From: Acidobacteriota bacterium | GTDB taxonomy: Bacteria > Acidobacteriota > UBA890 > WLXD01 | Length of the DNA stretch: 64,000 nt | Assembly: GCA_965248695.1 (NCBI GenBank) | Contig: CBDFKD010000002.1 | Span: 3,360,001-3,424,000 of the forward strand | Direction: 5' to 3' | Shown: positions 37,766 to 46,926 of the stretch, piece after piece | Position numbering within the stretch: the first letter of the stretch is position 1 | Layout: the number at the start of each line of letters is the position of its first letter | Program-made: the position numbers and the translations under genes | Notes under the pieces: generated by a model | Database searches by the model: none | Told to the model about the DNA's origin: nothing | The model's input: the letters and a program-made list of their open reading frames with translations, nothing else

Positions 37766-40015
37766 CTAGCGTTGCGGCTCGGTCAGAGGCTCCGCGACCT
37801 GCTCGAGCATTCTTCGAGCTTGCGGTTGCTCCGCGTTCAGCTGCAGTGAGAGCTCCAGGAGCTCGCGGGCTTTGTCCACCCGACCCTCGGCGTGATATTC
37901 GGAGGCCAGCGCGTTGAGGATCTCGGGTGAGTCTTGCTTGGCGACGATACGCGAGCGCTCATAGTAGCGAATCGAATCGTAGTGCTCACCGGACTCGGCG
38001 TGAGCGCGTGCCAGCTCGAGCATGGCCCCGACATCGCGTGGATCGCTCGCCACCACGGGAGTCAGCACATCGATAAGCTCTTCGTACAAACCGGATGCCT
38101 TGAGGAGCTCGACGTGCTGGGCGCGCAGCTGCGAGTTGTCCGGATCGCGAGCCAGCGCGTCGCGCAACCAACGCGCTGCACTGTCGAGGTCACCGAGGAC
38201 GCGGTACTGACGTGCGCGCTCCAGCGCCACCTCGATGTCGGAGGCTGGTGGCGACGGCTGCGCGTTCACGAACGGCAAGGCGGCTCCGGGTGCTGGCGCC
38301 TCGAGCGTGACGGTACGCACGACACTCAGCGCCGGCTCGTCGTCGATAGAAACCTGGATGCGAACCTCGCCCTCGCTCCAGCCTGTCGTGTCGATGCTCC
38401 AAACGAAGGGCATCACGCCGTGTTCGTCGGCGCTCTCCGCAGTGAAGACCTGGCTGTCCTCGCCCAGCACCGAGCCGCTCACATCGCTTACCGCGATGCG
38501 GCCGGTCAACGGCACGATATGACCTTCAGGTAGCAGGATCTGCTGGAACGCCAAGATGGGATTGCCGACGGTCAACGTCTGGTCGACATCGGGGACCATC
38601 GCCAGCTCTCGGTACTGGAACGGATAGCGGCCGGCGTACGGGTCGTAGTCGCTCAGCGGTTGGACGTTCTCGACCAGCACGGGACCGAGCAACCTGACCG
38701 TCGATGGATGCGCGCCCGGAACGTCGATGACCATCTCGGCGCGACCGAACGTGTGGGCCGCCTTGTTCTCGAGCATCAGCGTGAAGCTCATAGACCCCGG
38801 CAGCGTCGGCAGCATGTCCATGTAGATGAAGGGCTGCGACGTGAAGCGGCGAGCCTGCTCTTCCTCGAGGTCACCGGTCATGTTGGCCTCGAAGCTGTGG
38901 AGCACCTTGTGATCCTCGGTGGCGACGCTGCCGACAGCATCGAAAGCGAAGAAGTAGTTGCCGTCGAAATCGCTGACGTTGAGATCCTCGCCGGCGACGC
39001 TGCTGGCGAAGTGGAGAAAGGGCTCGCCGTCGACGTCGAGCAGTGGCTGCGCCATCGCAGTGATCACGAGGGTCTCGAAGCGCACGTCGGAGTCGGCCAC
39101 TCCGGTGAGCACGTTATAGGCCCAGGTGGAATCCGGCATCATCACCTCGCGCACGGCGTCGATCTGACCGATCAGCATCTCCGAACGCAGCGGCGTGATC
39201 CCGTACTCCAGCCCGGCGTCGGCCGGGAAAAGGCTGAACGCGGCGCTGGCCATGTCATAGTCGATCTCGCGAAGCACCGAGTAGATCGCGGAGGAGTCGC
39301 CATAGCCCGTCGGCGAGTACTGGCTGTACTGGTAGGCGGGCTGCTGTTTACGTCGCTCGACCTCCATCTCGCCGGCGCCATTGAGGAGCTTTTCCGCTCC
39401 GTCCGACAGTGGGCTATACAGCTTGTAGTCACCGGCGCCGTACCGCTGGTAAAACATGATGTAGAAGTATGGTGGCAGCCCCAGATCCGGGTCAGCGCTG
39501 TAGAACCACACTTCCAGTGGATAGGTGAGCATATCGCTGGGAAGTCGATTGATGCTCTGCGCTGGTCCAAGCAGGATGTACGTGCGCCCGCGGTCGGTGG
39601 CCCAGGCAGGCGTCGCGGTGCCGCGCCCGAGGTACTTGTTCACGTACGCGAGGCGCTCGTAGTGCGTCTCGCGATTCTCGTTCCGCGGCGTCCCCGGGGT
39701 CGGGTCGCGCACGAACCAGAAGCGCTCCATGAAGCGATCGCGCTTCTTGTCGCTATCGAGCCGCTGCCAGACTCTGGATTCCTCGTCGGTGATTACATGG
39801 CCCACCTCCTCGACAATCCACTTGCGGTAGATCTCCGCCAGCGATTCGTTGTCGAAGGTGGGGTACTCGTCAAGGGTCGCCGCTCGAGTCTGCGTCGGGC
39901 TCTGCGCCAGCGTCGAAGAGGTACCGGTCGCCGCGAGTAGGAGCACGGCAAGGACGCAACAACACGCTACTCGGGTCCAGTTGTGAGACACAACGATCAT
40001 GGGCAAGAACGGCAT
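37766..40015 (-). CDS. GWxTD-domain protein with C-terminal TPR repeats
   Basis: YRKWIVEEV.HVITDEE, FMERFWFVRDPTPGTPRNE, HYERLAYVN, AWATDRGRTYILLG, EVWFY; TPR tail. Start uncertain. Confidence 0.9.
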   Translation of the reverse strand: MPFLPMIVVSHNWTRVACCCVLAVLLLAATGTSSTLAQSPTQTRAATLDEYPTFDNESLAEIYRKWIVEEVGHVITDEESRVWQRLDSDKKRDRFMERFWFVRDPTPGTPRNENRETHYERLAYVNKYLGRGTATPAWATDRGRTYILLGPAQSINRLPSDMLTYPLEVWFYSADPDLGLPPYFYIMFYQRYGAGDYKLYSPLSDGAEKLLNGAGEMEVERRKQQPAYQYSQYSPTGYGDSSAIYSVLREIDYDMASAAFSLFPADAGLEYGITPLRSEMLIGQIDAVREVMMPDSTWAYNVLTGVADSDVRFETLVITAMAQPLLDVDGEPFLHFASSVAGEDLNVSDFDGNYFFAFDAVGSVATEDHKVLHSFEANMTGDLEEEQARRFTSQPFIYMDMLPTLPGSMSFTLMLENKAAHTFGRAEMVIDVPGAHPSTVRLLGPVLVENVQPLSDYDPYAGRYPFQYRELAMVPDVDQTLTVGNPILAFQQILLPEGHIVPLTGRIAVSDVSGSVLGEDSQVFTAESADEHGVMPFVWSIDTTGWSEGEVRIQVSIDDEPALSVVRTVTLEAPAPGAALPFVNAQPSPPASDIEVALERARQYRVLGDLDSAARWLRDALARDPDNSQLRAQHVELLKASGLYEELIDVLTPVVASDPRDVGAMLELARAHAESGEHYDSIRYYERSRIVAKQDSPEILNALASEYHAEGRVDKARELLELSLQLNAEQPQARRMLEQVAEPLTEPQR

Positions 40016-40058
40016 GGGTCAGGGGTGGGATAATCGGTCCAGGGAGCGGAGACGACCA

Positions 40059-41942
40059 GTGCAATTATACGACAGCAGGGGTGCCCGAGCCCGGCGGCCC
40101 AGGTCCTGGACGAGGCGCGCGAGGACGCGATCCAGGTCCTGGAAGAGGGGAGCGAGGACGCGGCTTGCCGCGTGCCTGCTAGCGTGTGCTGCCGCCACGG
40201 GCACCGGCAACACCCTGGCTGCCGCGACTACGTCAAGCGCCACGCAAGTCAGTAGGTCAGGGTCAGCCGACAACGCCGGCAATAACATACAGCTCGTCGA
40301 CGTGAGCGCCGCGATGGGGTTGGACTTCGTGCACTTTGCCGGCACCACGGCCGAGAAGCACATGCCAGAGATCATGGGTGGCGGCGTAGCCTGGATCGAC
40401 TACGACGTCGACGGTCGCTGGGACCTCTACCTTGTTGACGGCGGCCCGCTGCCAGGCCTCGCCCCACTGCAACCCGCGTCGCCGGGCGCCGGTGCCAATG
40501 TGCTGTTTCGCGCCAGGTCGGACGGCGGCTACGAGCGCGCGCCGACCGCCGGCGTCGGCAACCGGGGCTTCGGTATGGGGGTGGCCGCCGGAGACTATGA
40601 CGCCGACGGGTTCGTCGATCTGTTCGTGAGTAATTTCGGCGCCAATGCACTATATCGCAACAACGGCGACGGCACCTACTCCGACGTAACCACGGCGCTT
40701 GGCGTCGGTGACCGGCGATGGGGCAGCAGCTGCGCGTGGGGAGATCTCGATCGAGACGGCTTCCCTGAGCTTTTCGTCGCCAATTACCTGGACTATGACG
40801 TCACCAACGCCCGGGTTTGCGGCGACCTGGCGCGAGGGATCCGCGCCTATTGCCAGCCGGAGCTTTACGATGGCGTCGATGACCTCCTGTACCGGAACAT
40901 CGGCGGCCAGACGTTCGAGGAAATCAGCACCGAAGCCGGCGTCGCCAACGCCGAGGACGGAAAGGGGCTCGGCGTAGCGATCGTCGACATGAACGGCGAT
41001 CGTCTGCCCGACGTTTATGTCGCCAACGATGGCACGCGGAACTTCCTCTACGCCAACCGCGGCCAGCTGCGCTTCGAGGATCAAGGGCTTTTTTCGGGCG
41101 CGGGCCTCAGCATCAACGGAGTACCGCAGTCAGGCATGGGTATCGATGTTGCCGATCTTGACGGCGATGGTATGCCCGAGATCGGCGTCACCAACTTCGA
41201 GACTCAGGCCATCAACATGTACCGATCGACGGCACCCGGCCTTTACACCGACGAGACGTTCCGATTCGGAACCGGGGAGACCACCTGGACCACGCTCGGC
41301 TTCGGTCTCGTATTCGTCGACCTGGACGGCGATGGCGACCGCGATGTCTTGATCGCCAATGGCCATGTACTCGATCATGTTGCCAACTTCGCCCAGCCAA
41401 ACCAGGTGTTCGCGAACCGTCACGCCGAACGTTGGATGGCAGGCTCACCCCACGCTGAAGGCTTGCTCGAGGAGATCATGGACCCCGGCCCGCCTTTCGC
41501 CCCCGCCGACGCCCGCGTCTCGCGCGCTCTCTCGCACGGCGACGCTGACGGAGACGGCTGGCCCGATATCCTGGTATCGAACCTCGGCGGTCCTATCGAG
41601 CTATTGCGCAACGATTCCCGGCGCGAAAACCGACGCCTCGTGATCCGCCTGCGGGGGCGCGACAGCAACCGCGACGCCTTTGGGGCCCGGGTTGTAGTGA
41701 CTACGCACGACGACCGAGATCGACCGTTCCGACAGTACTTCGAGGTGACCAGCGCCAGTTCCTACATCTCGCAAAGCAGCACCGATCTGCACGTCGGCCT
41801 CGGAAGCGCTGCCCACGCAGACATTCTGGTCGAGTGGCCTGACGGGAGCCGCGACGCGATCGGCACTATTGATGCTGGCCAGCTGATACTGGTTCACGAG
41901 GGACACGGCGGTGCGTTCGTAACCAAGGCAATGAGTCCATGA
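40059..41942 (+). CDS. CRTAC1-family protein (FG-GAP repeats plus ASPIC/UnbV domain)
   Basis: Repeated GDYDxDGxxDLFV and LYRNNGDGT motifs; SNRDAFGARV, SYISQS, HVGLG, VEWPDG. GGAG before GTG 40059. Confidence 0.92.
   Translation: MQLYDSRGARARRPRSWTRRARTRSRSWKRGARTRLAACLLACAAATGTGNTLAAATTSSATQVSRSGSADNAGNNIQLVDVSAAMGLDFVHFAGTTAEKHMPEIMGGGVAWIDYDVDGRWDLYLVDGGPLPGLAPLQPASPGAGANVLFRARSDGGYERAPTAGVGNRGFGMGVAAGDYDADGFVDLFVSNFGANALYRNNGDGTYSDVTTALGVGDRRWGSSCAWGDLDRDGFPELFVANYLDYDVTNARVCGDLARGIRAYCQPELYDGVDDLLYRNIGGQTFEEISTEAGVANAEDGKGLGVAIVDMNGDRLPDVYVANDGTRNFLYANRGQLRFEDQGLFSGAGLSINGVPQSGMGIDVADLDGDGMPEIGVTNFETQAINMYRSTAPGLYTDETFRFGTGETTWTTLGFGLVFVDLDGDGDRDVLIANGHVLDHVANFAQPNQVFANRHAERWMAGSPHAEGLLEEIMDPGPPFAPADARVSRALSHGDADGDGWPDILVSNLGGPIELLRNDSRRENRRLVIRLRGRDSNRDAFGARVVVTTHDDRDRPFRQYFEVTSASSYISQSSTDLHVGLGSAAHADILVEWPDGSRDAIGTIDAGQLILVHEGHGGAFVTKAMSP
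40099..40162. repeat. 33-bp-period tandem duplication in the signal n-region
   Basis: ccaggtcctggacgaggcgcgcgaggacgcg / ccaggtcctggaagaggggagcgaggacgcg. Confidence 0.7.
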
Positions 41943-43534
41943 CCTTCTCAGCAGTCGTACTGATCGCGGCGCTGAGCGCGCCGATTCTGGGAGCGCCGGA
42001 GATCTCGACTGAACAGGAGATCACGGCCGACGAACAAGCGGCACGCGAGCATTTCGTCGTCGCCCTGCGGCTGGCAGAACAAGGCCACATCCAGGACGCC
42101 CTGGACACCGCACTCGAGGCCCTGGCGTTGGACGATGGCAACGCCGACGGGCTCAACCTCCTGGGGCAGCTTTACGAGCAGCTGGACCGCGACGCCGAAG
42201 CTGAAGACGCCTACATGCGGGCAACCGCGGCCGACCCCGACTGGGCACTCCCCTATCGAAACCTCGGGGCCTACTACAGTGCGCAAGACCAGTTCTCGCT
42301 GGCGCTGGCACCCTTGTCGCGCGCTGCAGATCTGTGGCCCGACGACCCGCTGACCCACGCGCTGCTGGCCAACTCGCTGCAGGCCACCAGCCGCTTGTCG
42401 GAGGCCATCGAAGCTTTCCGGCGCGCCTGGGAGCTCGATCCCGAGAGCACGGAGCTAGCGATCGACATCGCCAGAACGCAGAGCGCAGCCGGCGATCGCG
42501 CCGCGGCGATCGCTACCGCCGAGGTCGCGGCCGAACGGGCGCCCGAGGACCCCAGACCGTTGACGCTTCTTGCTCAGCTACTGGCCAGAGGCGACTTGGT
42601 GGACGAGCTCGTCCGGGCTCCGGCGATCTACCGGCAGGCGATCGCTCTGGACCCGAAGCACGCGGAGCTGTGGCTAGGGCTAGCATCGGCTTACAACCAG
42701 ATCGCGCTCAGACCGCAAGCGGAGGAAGCGTACCGACGCGCGATCGAGCTCGGGCTCGACACCGCCGAGGTCCGGTACGAGCTCGGGCAGACCCTGTCGC
42801 AGCAGCAGCGATTCGCTCCGGCTTTGGACCAGTTCGGTCGCGCGATCAGCGACCGACCGGAGTTCGCCGCCGCCTACGAAGCTCGCGGCAAAGCGCTTTT
42901 CGAGCTCAATCGCACCTCCGAGGCGCTGGCCGATTTCGAGCGCGCCGTCGAGTTGTCGCCCGGCGATCCAGCCCCGGTGTTGGCGGCGGTGCAGGTCTAC
43001 ATGGTGCAAGGTGACCTGGAATCCTCAGAGCGCCTGCTATCCGGCATCGTTGCCACCGCCTCGAGCCAGCGTGCAGAGATCGCGGTGGCAATCGGCCGCC
43101 TGCGGCTGCGCCAAGATCGCAGCGCGGAGGTTGTGGAGGTCTTGGCGCCGGTACTCAGCGAAGCGCCGGCGCTGATCGAAGCGCGCTACCTGACCGGCCA
43201 GGCGCTGCTGAAGCTAGGGCGCATCGAGGAAGGCCGCACGATGCTGTCGGAATACCAGCGCCGATTCAACGAGATGCGGACGCGCGAGGTCGACCGACTG
43301 CGAATCGGCGTCATGGGTCGCGCCCAAATCTACGTTCTGCGCGGCCGGGTGTTCACCCACGAGGAGCGCTACGACCTGGCCCTCGAGCAGCTGGAGTCGG
43401 CCGCCGAGCTCGCCCCGGACAACGCCGAAGTCTGGCGGGCGCTAGCCGAGCTGCACGATCTTCGCGGCGACCCCGAGGCGGCGGCAGCGGCACTAGAGCG
43501 AGCACGGGCGCTGGCCGAAACCGACACACAATAG
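41939..43534 (+). CDS. Secreted tetratricopeptide-repeat protein
   Basis: Signal peptide, many TPR units; ATGA-coupled to the CRTAC1 gene. Confidence 0.9.
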   Translation: MTFSAVVLIAALSAPILGAPEISTEQEITADEQAAREHFVVALRLAEQGHIQDALDTALEALALDDGNADGLNLLGQLYEQLDRDAEAEDAYMRATAADPDWALPYRNLGAYYSAQDQFSLALAPLSRAADLWPDDPLTHALLANSLQATSRLSEAIEAFRRAWELDPESTELAIDIARTQSAAGDRAAAIATAEVAAERAPEDPRPLTLLAQLLARGDLVDELVRAPAIYRQAIALDPKHAELWLGLASAYNQIALRPQAEEAYRRAIELGLDTAEVRYELGQTLSQQQRFAPALDQFGRAISDRPEFAAAYEARGKALFELNRTSEALADFERAVELSPGDPAPVLAAVQVYMVQGDLESSERLLSGIVATASSQRAEIAVAIGRLRLRQDRSAEVVEVLAPVLSEAPALIEARYLTGQALLKLGRIEEGRTMLSEYQRRFNEMRTREVDRLRIGVMGRAQIYVLRGRVFTHEERYDLALEQLESAAELAPDNAEVWRALAELHDLRGDPEAAAAALERARALAETDTQ

Positions 43535-43546
43535 CGCCAACGCCTG

Positions 43547-45649
43547 CTAGCTGATCCCGTGATCGCGCTTGATCCGCGCCACCATCTCGGTGATCGCGGC
43601 GATCTGGTACTCCCGCTGCTGGGCCGCCGGTACAACGCCGATCAAACGATCGAGGATCCGCACCGCCTCGACGAAGCGATTGAGCTCCACTAACCGGATG
43701 CCCAGGTTGCGCATCGCGTGAAAGTGGCGATCGTCGGCGTCAATGGCGCGTTGCCATCTCCTGATGGCCTCCTCGCTGTCCCCTCGCTGCGCGGCGAGGA
43801 TGCCGAGACCGTTGTGCGCATCGGCGAGCTCCGGATCGTAGCTCAGCGCGGCTTGAAACGCTTCCACGGCAGCTGCCGGGCGATTGGAAAGCAGCATCAT
43901 TCCCCGGTTGGCATGCGTTGCCGGGTGCGTCGGATCGAGCTCCAGAGCGCGGCTCAATAGCTCGGCCGCGGCCTCCCGGTCGCCGAGCTCGATCTGCAGC
44001 GCGCCCAGCAGATTCAGCACATCGAGATTCTCCGGCTCCTCTCCAAGAGCCTGCTCGAGCACGGCGACCGCCTCGACACGCTGACCGGTAACCCTGAGGT
44101 AGGAGCCGAGCTTGGCCTGCAGATCGGCGGCGCCCCAACCGAGCTCCGTCGCCTCGCTGAGTCGAGCAATCGCGGACGTCGTGTCGCCCGATTCGTGCTC
44201 GATCGAAGCCAGCAGCGTCAACGCGATCAAGAAGTCCGGGCGCTGCCGCAATACGCTCTGCAATAGTGCCGTGGCAGTTTCGGTATCGCCGACATCGGCA
44301 GCAACGACCGCACGCTGAACGTCGTTCTCCAGCGCGATGAGGTTCTTCGGGTCGTCTTCTACCCCGAAGTCGCGCGGGTCGGCGGGGACGGCACCACCGA
44401 CGTATCCCAGTGCTCTCAGTCGTCGCAGTGTGGCGGCATCCTCGGTGACGCGCGTGCCGCCGATTGCGGCACTGTCCAGATGGGCGTCCAGCACGGCCTT
44501 GAGCTCGACCATCCAAGTGGCACGCCGGTCCGACAGGTCGTCCTGCTCACCTGGATCGAGGGCGAGATCGTAGAGCTCCGGTAGCGGCAGGTCGATGAAC
44601 TTGAGATCGCCACGAAAGATGCCCGTCAACGGCGCCCAGTTGCGGCTCAGGCTGGGGCCCAGCGACTCGAAGTAAAGCGGCCGCTCTATGTCGTCGGCCT
44701 CCGGGCCGGTCATCGCCGCAACGTGGGAGATTCCCTCGATGCCCTCTTGCCGGGGCATTCCCAGCAACTCCAGCACCGTTGGCAGGATGTCGGCGTGACC
44801 GACGCGCGCGGCCACAGTGCTGCCGGCACGCAGGCGCGGCAGGCCGGCGGCGATCAGCGGCACGCGCAACGTCGCCTCGTAGGCGAAGATCCCGTGGGTA
44901 CGCTCGCCGTGGTCGCCAAGCGCCTCGCCGTGGTCGGACGTCACCACCACGAGGGCGTCGGCGCGCTCGGCGTCATCCAGTAAGGGCGCCAGCGCGGCAT
45001 CGGTGTAGGCGATCTCGCCGGCGTACGGGTCGGCGGCGTATTCGGCGCTGAACGGCGCCGGCGGATCGTAGGGAGCATGCGGATCGTACACATGTACCCA
45101 CACAAACCAGGGGCCCGACTGCGCATCGATCCAGCGTCGGGCCCGCGCCACCACATCCTCGGCGCGACGCTCGACGAAGTAAAAGCTCTCGGCGGCGCTG
45201 TGACCGTAGAAGTCGTCGTACAGGTCGAATCCCTGCGCCAGACCGAACTGCGAATCCAGTGGAAAGCCGCCGACAAACGCGGCGGTGGCGTAGCCGGCGC
45301 GCTGGAAGCGCTCGGCCCAGGTGTCGAGCTCGTCGGGCACCCTGAAGCCGACGTTGTCGTGCACATCGTGACGGCTCGGATCCAGGCCGGTCAGAATCGA
45401 GGTGTGCGACGGCAGCGTCAGCACAGCGTGGGCGACGGCGTTCTCGAATCGGACGCCGCGAGCTGCCAGATCGTCGAGCGCCGGCGTGGCCGCCCGTCCC
45501 CCGTAGCTCCCGAGGCCGTCGCGGCGGAGTGTATCGATGGTGATGAGTAGTACGTCCGGCGATTGCGGTAAGCCTGTCGAGGTCGCCGTCGCCAGCGGCA
45601 GAAAGGCCGCCATACCGGCGGCCACGGCGCACGCTCTCGCGCGCATCAT
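43547..45649 (-). CDS. Sulfatase-like hydrolase/transferase (Thr at the nucleophile position) with C-terminal TPR repeats
   Basis: ITIDTLRRD, TLPSHTSILTG, YDPHAPY, TSDHGE, HGIFAYE, LRALGYV; TPR tail. Start ATG 45649. Confidence 0.9.
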   Translation of the reverse strand: MMRARACAVAAGMAAFLPLATATSTGLPQSPDVLLITIDTLRRDGLGSYGGRAATPALDDLAARGVRFENAVAHAVLTLPSHTSILTGLDPSRHDVHDNVGFRVPDELDTWAERFQRAGYATAAFVGGFPLDSQFGLAQGFDLYDDFYGHSAAESFYFVERRAEDVVARARRWIDAQSGPWFVWVHVYDPHAPYDPPAPFSAEYAADPYAGEIAYTDAALAPLLDDAERADALVVVTSDHGEALGDHGERTHGIFAYEATLRVPLIAAGLPRLRAGSTVAARVGHADILPTVLELLGMPRQEGIEGISHVAAMTGPEADDIERPLYFESLGPSLSRNWAPLTGIFRGDLKFIDLPLPELYDLALDPGEQDDLSDRRATWMVELKAVLDAHLDSAAIGGTRVTEDAATLRRLRALGYVGGAVPADPRDFGVEDDPKNLIALENDVQRAVVAADVGDTETATALLQSVLRQRPDFLIALTLLASIEHESGDTTSAIARLSEATELGWGAADLQAKLGSYLRVTGQRVEAVAVLEQALGEEPENLDVLNLLGALQIELGDREAAAELLSRALELDPTHPATHANRGMMLLSNRPAAAVEAFQAALSYDPELADAHNGLGILAAQRGDSEEAIRRWQRAIDADDRHFHAMRNLGIRLVELNRFVEAVRILDRLIGVVPAAQQREYQIAAITEMVARIKRDHGIS

Positions 45650-45663
45650 ACGGTGAGTCGCCC

Positions 45664-45699
45664 GGCCTGTAACAGATGCCCGTTGCATATCGCAGGTGG
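45664..45699. repeat. Family-B dispersed repeat copy
   Basis: ggcctgtaacagatgcccgttgcatatcgcaggtgg; 33 of 36 nt identical to the 35149 copy. Confidence 0.75.
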
Positions 45700-45702
45700 T
45701 AT

Positions 45703-46701
45703 CTAGCCGATCATCTCGAGGAAGCTTTGCGCATCGGCCGCGTTCTGGGTCTCCGGGGCGAGCTCGATCACCTTCTCCAGATGGACCCGCGACTCCTCCA
45801 TCATTCCCTGCTGGATAAGACACAGTGCCACCTGCAGGTGGGAGTCGACATCGTTCGGGTTCAGTGCCAACGCCCTCTCGAAGTAGCCTTGCGCGGCCGC
45901 CGATTGCCCCTGGCTGAAGAGGAGACTGCCGATATTGTAGAAGATGATCGGATCGGTGACGCGCTGCAGATCGATCTGCTCCAGCTCGGCCATCGCGGCA
46001 TCTACATCGCGCCGCACCATGTGGACCTTGGCAACCCCCATACGAGCTTCGTTGTTGGCCGCATCTACCACCAGCGTCGCCTCGAAGTGCGACGTGGCGA
46101 GGTCGTAGTCCTCCATTTCGAACGCGGCGTTGCCGGCGTTGATGTGCACCAGATGGAGGTTCGGATTGGGGTTCTCCTTCGCCGCCTCCGCGGCCATCAA
46201 CACATCGAGGGCGGCCAGGGCCCCTGCATAATCGCCGGCGTCATACAGCAGGTTTGCCGCGTTGATGCTGTCGCCGAGCTCGCCACCGAAGAGCGTTACC
46301 CCGACAGCGTCCGCTGTCTCGCCGCGCTCCAAGACAACCTCGAAATTCTGATTGCTGCGATCGCGGACGGCGGCCGACATCGCCTTCATCTTGAACCCCG
46401 GCGCGGTGATGTCGACGTTCCAGCGTCCGAATCCCAGGCCACCCTTGCGGAATTCACCCTTGTCGTTAGTGGTGGCCGTCACCACTGCCTGTGTGGACAG
46501 CTGCGTCAGCGTGATGGTGGCGCCGGGAACGGGGTTGCCGTCCTGATCCGTGACAACTCCCCCGAGGCGGCCGTTGCCGACCGGGGTCTGCGCCAGAACG
46601 GACTGCGGAAGCAACAGTAGGGCGGCGGCCAGCAGGGCCAGGTTCGCGGCGCTAGCGGCTCGTGAACAGCCGCCGACAGCTACGCGGGATCGAAAAGCCA
46701 T
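45703..46701 (-). CDS. Carboxypeptidase-regulatory-like domain plus TPR protein
   Basis: Signal peptide; GVVTDQDGNPVPGATI, TTNDKGEF; TPR repeats; AAGGAG RBS. Confidence 0.88.
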   Translation of the reverse strand: MAFRSRVAVGGCSRAASAANLALLAAALLLLPQSVLAQTPVGNGRLGGVVTDQDGNPVPGATITLTQLSTQAVVTATTNDKGEFRKGGLGFGRWNVDITAPGFKMKAMSAAVRDRSNQNFEVVLERGETADAVGVTLFGGELGDSINAANLLYDAGDYAGALAALDVLMAAEAAKENPNPNLHLVHINAGNAAFEMEDYDLATSHFEATLVVDAANNEARMGVAKVHMVRRDVDAAMAELEQIDLQRVTDPIIFYNIGSLLFSQGQSAAAQGYFERALALNPNDVDSHLQVALCLIQQGMMEESRVHLEKVIELAPETQNAADAQSFLEMIG

Positions 46702-46835
46702 CGAATGCTTCTCCTTGGTGTCGCTTCAGGGCTGCGCGTAGCGCTGGGGACGGGCGCCCGCGGGCGCGCTCCTACAGATTAATACGAAGCGGTGCCCCGG
46801 GGCTTGCGGCGCGTCGGTGTGTGCCGAGTCGCACG

Positions 46836-46867
46836 AAGAAAGCCCCCAGGGCCGAAGCCCCGGGGGC
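46836..46867 (-). terminator. Rho-independent terminator or attenuator after the TBDR
   Basis: Minus strand gcccccggggc-ttcg-gccctgggggc-tttctt (cUUCGg loop, U-rich tail). Confidence 0.8.
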
Positions 46868-46926
46868 AATCTCAGGCGTTCGATTCAGGGAACCGCGTCA
46901 GGCGCGGTGTCCCCGGTTCGAGAAGC

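Noticed and set aside
43542-43550. gcctgctag as another family-A end
   Set aside because: Only 9 nt and it includes a stop codon; could be chance.
46753-46774. GTAG-type REP-like pieces (also 10901-10912 and 22747-22757, minus strand)
   Set aside because: Short, not mutually consistent, no paired REPIN structure and no RAYT gene nearby.
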